Below are positions 56,341-64,000 of a stretch of DNA of 64,000 nucleotides, piece by piece. The notes beneath the pieces are model-generated. The model saw only the letters and a list, made by a program, of their open reading frames with translations. It did not search any database and had not been told where the DNA came from. Both the position numbers and the translations under genes were made by a program. This stretch comes from a virus (lineage: Duplodnaviria; Caudoviricetes): positions 32,001 through 96,000 of IMG/VR virus record IMGVR_UViG_3300020576_003495; one strand, written 5' to 3'. Each line of letters starts with the position of its first letter. Position 1 is the first letter of the stretch.

Positions 56341-57333
56341 TTGAATCGTGGCAAAGTAAAGCAGTTACTCAAGTCCCTGAAAGCAAAGAACATCAGCGAC
56401 CACGATGAGTGGGTGATGTTCTCTTGCATTTTTGCGCACCACACGCATGCGTCTGGAAAAGACTCATCGGCTTCGGCGGGGATTAGCCTGTCTTCTGGCG
56501 GTACCAGCAACTACCACTGCTTTTCTTGCGGTGCGTCTGGTGCCGTAACCAACGTCCTGTTAGAACTCTACGCGCTCAACAAAAAAGACGGGATACCAAG
56601 CCCCCACATTGCTACGGCGCTTGAGTACATGGACGAAGAAGACATTTTCGTTTATGACGCCGACGAATACCCTGAAGACGATAAGGTAAAGGGTTTCGTA
56701 GAGTTTCCTGACTTCTGGTTGAAGGGCTTCCCTAGCGCGTTGGCGTGTCCAGAGGCTATGGCCTACCTCAAGGGGCGCAATGTTCCTGACAAGGTGATTG
56801 TTGATTTTGACCTTCGGTTTGATCATGCAAGGAAAGCCGTGGGTTTTCCTTACTACGATGAAATGCATAAGAAGCTGGCGGGGATGCGTGCACGGATCAT
56901 TGACCCTTCCAGTGAAAAAAAGCATCATGACTACTTGTACAACTCGGTGAACAATACGCATACGACATGGTTCAGGGAAAGTAAGCTGAACGTGGACAAG
57001 GCTGTGGTAGTTGTCGAAGGTCAGTTCGATTGCGCACGTGTTTATCAGGCTTACCGCAATGTGACGGCAATACTCACAGCTTTTCCGACAAAGCGTAAAT
57101 TAGAACACCTTCGTCGGTTCCCCTATATCGTTTGGTTTTCCGATAATGACACAGCGGGTTTGAAGTCGTCTAAGGACGCTTTTGAGTATTATCAGAGCAA
57201 CCATGACGTTAAGATAGACATCGTGAAGTATCAAGAAGGCGACCCCAAAGACCCCGATTCGCTAGACCCAAAAATGCTAAAGTACTATTTGTCCGAGTAC
57301 GTTGAAATGGATGATTTACTGCTTGACACCTGA
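56341..57333 (+). CDS. DNA primase (Zn finger + TOPRIM)
   Basis: C..H...CFSCG; VVEGQFD; DND.AG; KDPD; probable TTG start 56341. Confidence 0.9.
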   Translation: MNRGKVKQLLKSLKAKNISDHDEWVMFSCIFAHHTHASGKDSSASAGISLSSGGTSNYHCFSCGASGAVTNVLLELYALNKKDGIPSPHIATALEYMDEEDIFVYDADEYPEDDKVKGFVEFPDFWLKGFPSALACPEAMAYLKGRNVPDKVIVDFDLRFDHARKAVGFPYYDEMHKKLAGMRARIIDPSSEKKHHDYLYNSVNNTHTTWFRESKLNVDKAVVVVEGQFDCARVYQAYRNVTAILTAFPTKRKLEHLRRFPYIVWFSDNDTAGLKSSKDAFEYYQSNHDVKIDIVKYQEGDPKDPDSLDPKMLKYYLSEYVEMDDLLLDT

Positions 57334-57415
57334 CTACAGGCTTGTCAATATGGTGCTGTTCCTTAATCGGAATTCAAGAACCGTAAATTAACCTAAATAC
57401 CCAAAAGGACTCAAA

Positions 57416-58141
57416 ATGGCTATTACATGGGCGCGTACAGGCGCAGCAGCACATGCCGAAGCAGAAAAACACGAAAAAGAACAAAAAGCAAAGGCAGAGC
57501 AGACGCGAAGGGTTTGGCGTTTTGGCTTGAAGGAAGGGATGGAAGGTCGCATCACCTTCGTTGACGGCTTACTTGGTGCAGATGGTATGGTGGATTATTT
57601 CCTGTACTACGAGCATCACCTGATGTTGAACGGCTCGTGGGGGCACTTCTACACGTGTATCAAGGACATGGAACCTTGCCCGATTTGCGGGGCCAATGAT
57701 TCACCCGCCTTGGTGGGGGCTTTCACGGTTATTGACCACACGCCCTACACTTCCAAGAAGGGTGTGGTCTATGTGGACATGCCCAAGTTGTTTATTGCCA
57801 AGCCGACGACGCTGAAGCAGTTGCAAATCTTGGGCGGTAAGCGCGGTGGTTTGGCTGGATGCACGTTTGACGTGGTTCGCTCAGGGGACAAGTCTCCCGG
57901 TGTGGGGAGCATGTTTGACTTCATTGAGAAGCAGGAAATAGACGTTCTCAAGAAGAAGTATTCCCGTGTTGATCCTGAAACGAAGAAGACCATTTGTTTC
58001 TTTGTTCCTTTGGATTACACCAAGGAATGTGCACCCCTCTCAGCAGAAGAAATCCGCAAGGAAATCCCCACGTTAGCGTCAGCGGCACCTGTGGGGCACG
58101 TTACTTCAGCGCAGAAGGCAGCGCTAGAAGACAACCTGTAA
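57416..58141 (+). CDS. Single-stranded DNA-binding protein (gp32-like)
   Basis: H...C....CPIC zinc site; replication context; AAGGA RBS. Confidence 0.65.
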   Translation: MAITWARTGAAAHAEAEKHEKEQKAKAEQTRRVWRFGLKEGMEGRITFVDGLLGADGMVDYFLYYEHHLMLNGSWGHFYTCIKDMEPCPICGANDSPALVGAFTVIDHTPYTSKKGVVYVDMPKLFIAKPTTLKQLQILGGKRGGLAGCTFDVVRSGDKSPGVGSMFDFIEKQEIDVLKKKYSRVDPETKKTICFFVPLDYTKECAPLSAEEIRKEIPTLASAAPVGHVTSAQKAALEDNL

Positions 58142-58152
58142 GCAGTAGTTTT

Positions 58153-58187
58153 AATCGTCCGGTCGGGGTTCTCCCGGCTGGATTGTT
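58153..58187 (+). terminator. Hairpin after SSB gene
   Basis: TCCGGTCGGG/CCCGGCTGGA stem; weak T tract. Confidence 0.5.
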
Positions 58188-58205
58188 CCATTAACGGAGT
58201 GGGTT

Positions 58206-58442
58206 ATGTTTAACGCGCTAGCTGCGGAGTGGGTTTTGTTCGAGTCGGATTGCATTCCAAAAGACGCTCCTGAGATACAAAGAATAGAAATGCGTAGGGC
58301 GTTCTACGCTGGTATGGAGTCTTTTCTTGCTTTGCAATGTAAGACGGCTAACCAGAGTGAAGACGCCTGTGTGGAGTTGATGAGGGCGTGGAATGACGAA
58401 CTTAAGGCTTTCACACTACAGGTTAAAGCTGGTTTGGCCTGA
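58206..58442 (+). CDS. Small conserved phage protein (QRxEMRRAFYAG)
   Basis: GGAG RBS; motif. Confidence 0.65.
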   Translation: MFNALAAEWVLFESDCIPKDAPEIQRIEMRRAFYAGMESFLALQCKTANQSEDACVELMRAWNDELKAFTLQVKAGLA

Positions 58443-60715
58443 TGCTTGATCTAAAACTGAAAACCAAGCCGCTTTACACAGCGGCAACAGCCGTTTATCC
58501 ATACTCAAAAGACATGGAAACGCATTTCATCGTCAAGACGAAGTATGAGCCTGACCCTATATTTTTGACGAAGAAGATGGGTGATTTCCTGCTGGTTCCG
58601 CGTGAGTTGGCACCACTCGGAGAGGATAGGCGTTCTCGGGGGAAGCCTATTGCAATTACTTGCACTACCGATTTCAAGCCCGACACCTATGAGGTTCAAA
58701 AGCAGCTTCATGGGGACAGTCTTGCCCTGTTAAAACAAGGCGTATCACACACACTGAACGCTTTGATGGGGCTAGGAAAGAGCTATATTGCAACACGCCT
58801 TATTTGTGACATGGGGTTGACCACACTGATCATTGTTACCAAAGAAGATTTGATGCAGCAGTGGAAGGACAACCTGCTTAAATACACCAAAATAAAAGAA
58901 GAAGAAATCGGGTTTATTCAACAGGACGTTTGCCAAGTCGACGGTAAGAAAGTGGTAATTGGTCTGGTGCATTCCCTAGCGGGGCGTGACTACCCAAGCA
59001 GCATCTATAGTGCTTTTGGGCTAACCGTGGCTGATGAGTGTTTTCATCCTGACCATGAGTTATTGACCCCTTCAGGGTGGATTAGTATTGCTGACTTGCC
59101 TGAAGATGCCCAAGTCATGTCTTTCGATGCCCATACTGATACCATGCGTTTTGAGCCTATTCTGAGGAAAGTTGTAAAGCTTTTTTCTGGAAACTTAATA
59201 GCTATTGCTGGTCGCGGTTTTCATACAGTAACAACACCAAACCATGAACAGCCTATTAAACGCGAAAAGGCTCATGGTTGGTCTGTGTGCAGGATTCCAG
59301 TAGCCGACTTACTTTTGAAATCGAGGATAAAGCTGCCTATTGCTGGTTATGTATCAGGAGATGATGGGCGTAGGATTACAGATTGGGAGAGGCTACTAAT
59401 TGCCTTTGAAGCTGACGGACACCACCTTTACACCAGTAAGAACAGCGGAATACGCACATATAGGTTTTCTTTCAGGAGGCCGAGAAAAATAAGTAGATTA
59501 AAATCCATACTTTCTGGTTGCGGCATAGACCACAGTGTTAGCGTTAATTGCCGTGGCGACACCAGCATCACCTTTAAGCATACAAGCCTACTTCCCAAAA
59601 ACTTTGACTGGTTTGATCCCTACGTATCAAGTCCGTTAAATGCTGATTTTTTAGAAGAATTGACTCATTGGGATGGTTGGTCAAATGATGAGGGTTGTTT
59701 TTTTGAACACCTTTTGGAATCTACGGCTAACACTATAGTCATCATAGCAAAGTTATGCGGTAGAGCCGCGTCTATAATTAAGACAGGTTATTCTGGCCGT
59801 GAGAAGCGGTATCGAGTACGATGGTTCGCAGACAAACCTTGGATTTCTCCGAAGGGGTACACAAAAACAATGGTTCCTTACTCGGGGGATGTGCACTGCG
59901 TTACTGTCCCTTCAGGTAATGTGCTGACTAGGTATAAAGGCTCACTTTCCATTTCAGGGAACTGCCATAGAATGTCGGCGGAAACGTTTAGTCAGGCCAT
60001 GTTCAAATTCAATTCTTATCTCAGGCTAGGGTTGAGTGCTACGCCTGTTCGTCCTGATGGGAAGTCTTTTATATTCCGTGCTCATATCGGGGAAGTAGGT
60101 TCATCGTCTGATCATGTACAGTTAGCCCCCCGCGTTCTGGTAATCAGGACGAACTGGAAACTCCCGCTATGGCGCGTGCGAGACGACTTCGGCGGGTACA
60201 AAATGATTCCTATGCCACTACAGCGAGGGCGTCCTGCTGTGGTTTCGTCTAAGATGGCAAAAGACCCCGAACGTAACCATCTGCTAGCCGACCTGTGCCT
60301 CAAAGCCTACAAGAAGGATCGTAGGATTGTGATGTTTTTTGACTCTTTGGCGCACATTGAAGTCATAAAAAAACTTCTAATCAGCATGGGCATCCCCAAG
60401 ACAGAAATACTGAGGTACACGGGGGGTATTTCAAAAACAGACGCCGCTACTGCACACAGCATGCGTGTGCTGTTGGCAACGTACAGCTACATGAGTGAGG
60501 GTACGGACGTTCCATTTTTGGACACGGCTATTCTTTGTTCCCCGAGAAGTAACGTGAGTCAGACGGTGGGGAGAATCTTGCGTAAAGTCCCCGGAAAAAA
60601 AGAACCTGTGATCATGGACATTTTAGACAGTTGCGCACAGGAACTACTTGATTCTTTCCAGTCAAGGGTGCGCCAATACAAAAAGTTGAATGCCACAATA
60701 GTCGATATTACTTGA
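58442..60715 (+). CDS. SF2 DExH helicase (UvsW/Rad25-like) with intein
   Basis: GLGKS, DE/CH, GLSATP.R.DG, EGTDVP, QTVGRILR. Confidence 0.92.
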   Translation: MLDLKLKTKPLYTAATAVYPYSKDMETHFIVKTKYEPDPIFLTKKMGDFLLVPRELAPLGEDRRSRGKPIAITCTTDFKPDTYEVQKQLHGDSLALLKQGVSHTLNALMGLGKSYIATRLICDMGLTTLIIVTKEDLMQQWKDNLLKYTKIKEEEIGFIQQDVCQVDGKKVVIGLVHSLAGRDYPSSIYSAFGLTVADECFHPDHELLTPSGWISIADLPEDAQVMSFDAHTDTMRFEPILRKVVKLFSGNLIAIAGRGFHTVTTPNHEQPIKREKAHGWSVCRIPVADLLLKSRIKLPIAGYVSGDDGRRITDWERLLIAFEADGHHLYTSKNSGIRTYRFSFRRPRKISRLKSILSGCGIDHSVSVNCRGDTSITFKHTSLLPKNFDWFDPYVSSPLNADFLEELTHWDGWSNDEGCFFEHLLESTANTIVIIAKLCGRAASIIKTGYSGREKRYRVRWFADKPWISPKGYTKTMVPYSGDVHCVTVPSGNVLTRYKGSLSISGNCHRMSAETFSQAMFKFNSYLRLGLSATPVRPDGKSFIFRAHIGEVGSSSDHVQLAPRVLVIRTNWKLPLWRVRDDFGGYKMIPMPLQRGRPAVVSSKMAKDPERNHLLADLCLKAYKKDRRIVMFFDSLAHIEVIKKLLISMGIPKTEILRYTGGISKTDAATAHSMRVLLATYSYMSEGTDVPFLDTAILCSPRSNVSQTVGRILRKVPGKKEPVIMDILDSCAQELLDSFQSRVRQYKKLNATIVDIT
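59039..59962 (+). mobile_element. Intein (308 aa) with LAGLIDADG-type endonuclease
   Basis: Starts CFHPD..LT..GW, TPNH block B, ends VHCVTVPSG...SGN with +1 Cys; IAFEADG and LTHWDG motifs; removal restores DECH. Confidence 0.92.
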
Positions 60716-60739
60716 CAAATAAGAAAACCTTGACATACT
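60712..60739 (+). promoter_or_regulatory. Early-type promoter
   Basis: CTTGACAAA, TTGACA-N16-CATACT. Confidence 0.55.
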
Positions 60740-60772
60740 GTGGCGTATGTTAATTTTATATGGAATAGCGCG

Positions 60773-61219
60773 ATGACCAAGCCAGCAGATCAGAAATTCA
60801 AATTTACTGATTGGTACGAAAAGAACAAAGACGACCTTAACGCCAAAAGAAAAAAGAAGTACGAGTCCGACCCTGAGTACCGGCAAAAAGCTAAAGATAA
60901 CGCCAGAAGGTACAGGCTAAGCAAAGTGAAGGGCGGTGTTAATTTCGTAAGTACACGTGCTGTTCCACCCCCCGGAAAACTAAATTTATCAGGGCTGTGT
61001 CAAGCCGCAGGGATTCCAGAAGATACCTACAGTCGCTATCGTCGCTTAGGCTGGATACCAAAGATTAAGAAAAATACATGGTTTACGGGGGCGCATGCGG
61101 TCGCACTAAGCGCGTTGGCTCAGAAGGCTTTGGAATCACGGTACATGAAGATTGGCCGCGCTGGATTCTTGGCACCCTACATCGCGCAGGTAGCTAACGC
61201 TTGGGAGTATACGGAGTAA
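60773..61219 (+). CDS. Basic DNA-binding protein with MerR-like HTH
   Basis: LSGLCQAAGIPEDTYSRYRRLGWIP; basic N-terminal helix. Confidence 0.65.
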   Translation: MTKPADQKFKFTDWYEKNKDDLNAKRKKKYESDPEYRQKAKDNARRYRLSKVKGGVNFVSTRAVPPPGKLNLSGLCQAAGIPEDTYSRYRRLGWIPKIKKNTWFTGAHAVALSALAQKALESRYMKIGRAGFLAPYIAQVANAWEYTE

Positions 61220-61221
61220 CC

Positions 61222-61557
61222 ATGACAAACAAAACAGACAAGATAAAAACCCCAAGTGACGGCACGCTCGTTATTGATACCGTCTTGGGGACAATTACGA
61301 TCATTCATGCCGATGGTTCCGAGGTTGTTAAGCAGCTTCCTGTAAAGGAAGTCGTCGTAGCAAAACCCATGTGCAACGTGGGCGTTTCTGCAAAAGCGAC
61401 CTACAACTTGGGTAACTACGAATCCATGCAGGTTAGCGCCATGATCAACATCCCCGCTGAATACGGTGAGATAGACGAGGTTTATGACTTTGCTCGTCGG
61501 TGGGTTGATACCAAGATGACAGCGATCTATAAAGAGGTCAAAGGCATTGCATCATGA
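61222..61557 (+). CDS. Conserved phage protein (TYNLGNYES)
   Basis: GGAG RBS; motif. Confidence 0.7.
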   Translation: MTNKTDKIKTPSDGTLVIDTVLGTITIIHADGSEVVKQLPVKEVVVAKPMCNVGVSAKATYNLGNYESMQVSAMINIPAEYGEIDEVYDFARRWVDTKMTAIYKEVKGIAS

Positions 61558-62672
61558 GCATTTCTTTTTCGAGTGGTTCTAGCGAGTCCTTGTCTGTACT
61601 GAAGAAGTTCAAAAAGGACATGGGGGATGGTGTAGCCCACATGGGTAATGAAGCCCTTTCAGTCCTTCGTATCCCCACAGGAATCCTTCCGCTGGACGTG
61701 GCTACGAATGGTGGGATACCTCGTAGTCGTGTCACTATCGCTTGGGGAAGTGAGGCGTCAGGAAAAACAGCTATTGCTTATCTTCTCATGGCGCAGGTTC
61801 AGCGAGAAGGGCAGCGTGCCGTCTACGTTGACATGGAAACTACGCTAGACCCGTCTTGGATGGCTTTGTTTGGTGTGAACATGAGCGACCTGATTGTTCT
61901 ACAACCAGACTTCGCAGAGCAAGCCGTGGACATGGTAGAGGCTATGCTGTATGCCAGCGACGTGGGTATTGTGGTTGTTGATTCCATTGCCGCCATGACG
62001 ACAGACAATGAAATAGCCTCGTCAGCACAGAAGATGAACGTCGGTGGGAATTCATACGTTGTTGGTAAGCTGGTTCGTAAATCTGTGGTTGCTTTGGGTA
62101 AAGGAAGGGAACATCGCCCCGCACTTTTTCTAATAAATCAGTCCCGTTATGAAATTGGGAAAATGTTTGGTGACCCGCTGAAGTTCCCCGGTGGTAACGC
62201 CCTGAAGTTTGCATCATCAATGACTTTACGTTTGTACGGCAAGCTTGAAATAGTCAAAGATGTAAACCCAACTAACCCCACTTTTCTTCATGTCACGGGT
62301 TCTATTCAAAAAGCCAAAGTTCCAGTTACATCGCGCTCTTTCGAGTACGACCTTACGCTTATACCCCACGGTAATCTTGGTGTTGGGATGTGCCCGTCTT
62401 GGGGTTTTGTGGCGGTTCGGTGCAAGGATTTGGGCTTGATGACGCAAGACCCCAAGGGGGATAAGGCGTGGACGCTGTGCGGTAGAACAGCCAAGACCCA
62501 GAAAGAACTTCGTCACTGGTATGAAACGGACAAGACGTATAGCCTTCTAATAAATTCAATCATTACGAAGGAAGCGGCCTCTTCTGGCGTGTTTGAGATA
62601 AACCCTGAACCATCCGCATTCAAGGTTGACAAGGAAACAGGGGAAATTTTTTCGGAGAGTACTGTTGGCTGA
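61554..62672 (+). CDS. recA: RecA/UvsX-like recombinase
   Basis: IPTG..LD...GGIP, GSEASGKT, VVDSIAA, INQ, PGGNALKF. Confidence 0.95.
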   Translation: MSISFSSGSSESLSVLKKFKKDMGDGVAHMGNEALSVLRIPTGILPLDVATNGGIPRSRVTIAWGSEASGKTAIAYLLMAQVQREGQRAVYVDMETTLDPSWMALFGVNMSDLIVLQPDFAEQAVDMVEAMLYASDVGIVVVDSIAAMTTDNEIASSAQKMNVGGNSYVVGKLVRKSVVALGKGREHRPALFLINQSRYEIGKMFGDPLKFPGGNALKFASSMTLRLYGKLEIVKDVNPTNPTFLHVTGSIQKAKVPVTSRSFEYDLTLIPHGNLGVGMCPSWGFVAVRCKDLGLMTQDPKGDKAWTLCGRTAKTQKELRHWYETDKTYSLLINSIITKEAASSGVFEINPEPSAFKVDKETGEIFSESTVG

Positions 62673-63042
62673 CTCCCCGTATGAAAAACGTCTGGCTTCC
62701 CGCACTAAAGGAAGTCACGGTGTTGTGTCTGAGAAGAAGGTAGCCAAGTCTCTCGGGGGGAGATTAACCCCCGCATCAGGTTCTATGCACGGGGCTAAGG
62801 GTGATGTACGTGTGGCTGATTTTTTATTAGAAGCCAAGAGTACGTCGGATCAAACGATGCGGGTTGAACTGCATTGGCTGCAAAAAATATCCCACGAAGC
62901 CTTGAGCATAGGAAAGACACCCGCATTATCCATACGGTTTGTTAACCCTGACGGCACACCTAAAAAGGGTGGTTCTTTCGTGGCTATTCCAGAGTTTCTT
63001 TTCGCGGCACTAATAAACAATGGAAGTTTCTCCAATGATTAG
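62665..63042 (+). CDS. PD-(D/E)XK Holliday junction resolvase-like nuclease
   Basis: EKKVAK, PASG....KGDV, LEAKST; GGAG before TTG 62665. Confidence 0.8.
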   Translation: MADSPYEKRLASRTKGSHGVVSEKKVAKSLGGRLTPASGSMHGAKGDVRVADFLLEAKSTSDQTMRVELHWLQKISHEALSIGKTPALSIRFVNPDGTPKKGGSFVAIPEFLFAALINNGSFSND

Positions 63043-63075
63043 TCCTGTGGGAGTATCACTATTTCAGGAGTAATC

Positions 63076-63216
63076 ATGCCAAAAGAACGACGCTACGATG
63101 ACATTTCCGGTAAGGTATTCGGGAGGCTTAAAGCGCTAACTTTCTCACACGTAAAAGCACATCGTACTTTTTGGAATACCCTGTGTGTTTGCGGAATCTC
63201 CCCGAGTATTCAATAG
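63076..63216 (+). pseudogene. Truncated N-terminus of an HNH-type homing endonuclease
   Basis: AGGAG RBS; DISGKVFGRL...W...CVCG then stop after 46 aa. Confidence 0.6.
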
Positions 63217-63261
63217 GAAGTTGTGATGTTTGTTTAATTGTTAATGACGGAGTATTTTCAA

Positions 63262-63720
63262 ATGACTAGCAGTTTTACCGTAGAAACAAAAGACGGTGAC
63301 TTCAATGTTCTACCAGACGGTAGTGGTTTTTTCACAGGTTCTTTCCCATTACCGAAAGACCATTGGCTGTACGCCCCACAATGCGCTGAGTGGGATGATG
63401 CGCGTGGTACCAGTGCCGACACGCCTTACCCCATCTTGCATGTTAGCCTTCGTGACGCGGTAATTGCAGCGGCTAAGTACGCCGTTCGTGGGGCGACGAT
63501 GTGCGGAAAAGACATGGATTTCGACCCAGACGCTTTGGTGAAGAATGTGGCCTATGCTTTGTGTGGCCCGTTTGCCGCGCCTGTCGTAGCACCCGTTGCC
63601 GAACCTGTTGCCGCAGGAGAAACACAGCGTTTGGGGGTAGAGTCTTTTTCTAGCTTTGAATCAGGAGAACCAGAACCTGCCCCAAGGAAGATTCTTGTTG
63701 ACGTGCCTAAGTGGGTCTAA
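63262..63720 (+). CDS. Hypothetical protein (LPKDHWLY...AVRGATMCG..DFDPDA)
   Basis: GGAG RBS before ATG 63262. Confidence 0.7.
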   Translation: MTSSFTVETKDGDFNVLPDGSGFFTGSFPLPKDHWLYAPQCAEWDDARGTSADTPYPILHVSLRDAVIAAAKYAVRGATMCGKDMDFDPDALVKNVAYALCGPFAAPVVAPVAEPVAAGETQRLGVESFSSFESGEPEPAPRKILVDVPKWV

Positions 63721-63723
63721 TTC

Positions 63724-64000
63724 GTGGATTTCATCACGAACGCTCTGAAAGAGAAAAAAGAAGAGGTTTCCCTGTGCAGCTATTTAAACAAGCACTTGGA
63801 AACTAGGAAGCCAGCACGATCCCCAAACGTTATTCATGCGTCAGATATTACCAAGGATGATCCCGAGTTTTGTCCGCGTGAAATCGTTCTTCTTCGTCTG
63901 CTGAAAACCAAGCGCAGGGACGAGAGTTTTTCTGTCGCGCTGAACGTTACCTTCGGCATTGGCAATGCGTACCATGATCTTGTGCGGGACGTGTGGCTCA
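63724..64000 (+). CDS. Cas4-like exonuclease, 3'-truncated by window
   Basis: Open frame MDFITNAL...IHASDI...CPRE...GxxxH running off the end. Confidence 0.6.
   Translation, partial: MDFITNALKEKKEEVSLCSYLNKHLETRKPARSPNVIHASDITKDDPEFCPREIVLLRLLKTKRRDESFSVALNVTFGIGNAYHDLVRDVWL

Larger units (their letters stand above)
2039..58664. repeat. Dispersed 14-bp quasi-palindrome TG[AC]AA[GT]TA[AC]TT[GT]CA
   Basis: Exact matches start at 2039, 6031, 11686, 22085, 27583, 30766, 33653, 47682, 51777, 58651; near matches at 9953, 41251, 45276, 51750, 54565. Confidence 0.85.

Noticed and set aside
2039-58664. 14-bp repeats as a CRISPR array
   Set aside because: Too short and kilobases apart; the Cas4-like gene fits a phage recombination nuclease
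1-64000. Stop-codon reassignment
   Set aside because: TAA, TAG and TGA all end genes with tight downstream coupling under the standard code
1-64000. Integrase, repressor switch or att site
   Set aside because: None recognised in this window; lifestyle cannot be determined here

Overview
This window is a dense 64-kb segment of a tailed dsDNA phage, most likely a long-tailed siphovirus (no sheath gene) of a Gram-negative host (SLT endolysin plus two spanins). Gene order: an array of small His/Lys-rich genes with a shared N-terminal leader (1-2776); scaffold, major capsid and HNH endonuclease; head-tail joining and tail tube; an inverted cassette of early-type genes (9958-11618); frameshifted tail chaperone; a 3059-aa tape measure; about 22 kb of tail-tip and fibre genes; lysis; then early and replication genes (bL12-like, AAA ATPase, initiator, DnaC-like, DnaB, primase, SSB, intein-containing SF2 helicase, RecA, resolvase, Cas4-like nuclease). 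The most notable unexplained structures are: (1) a 14-bp quasi-palindrome TG[AC]AA[GT]TA[AC]TT[GT]CA found 10 times exactly plus several near copies, often at module boundaries; (2) a leader-plus-payload array of candidate capsid-packaged proteins; (3) a tape-measure C-terminus built from cassettes delimited by [FY]xxGG; (4) a candidate antisense RNA over the initiator leader; (5) a recoded 3' end of the capsid gene next to the HNH gene. All family assignments come from motif recognition by eye; no searches or computations were run.
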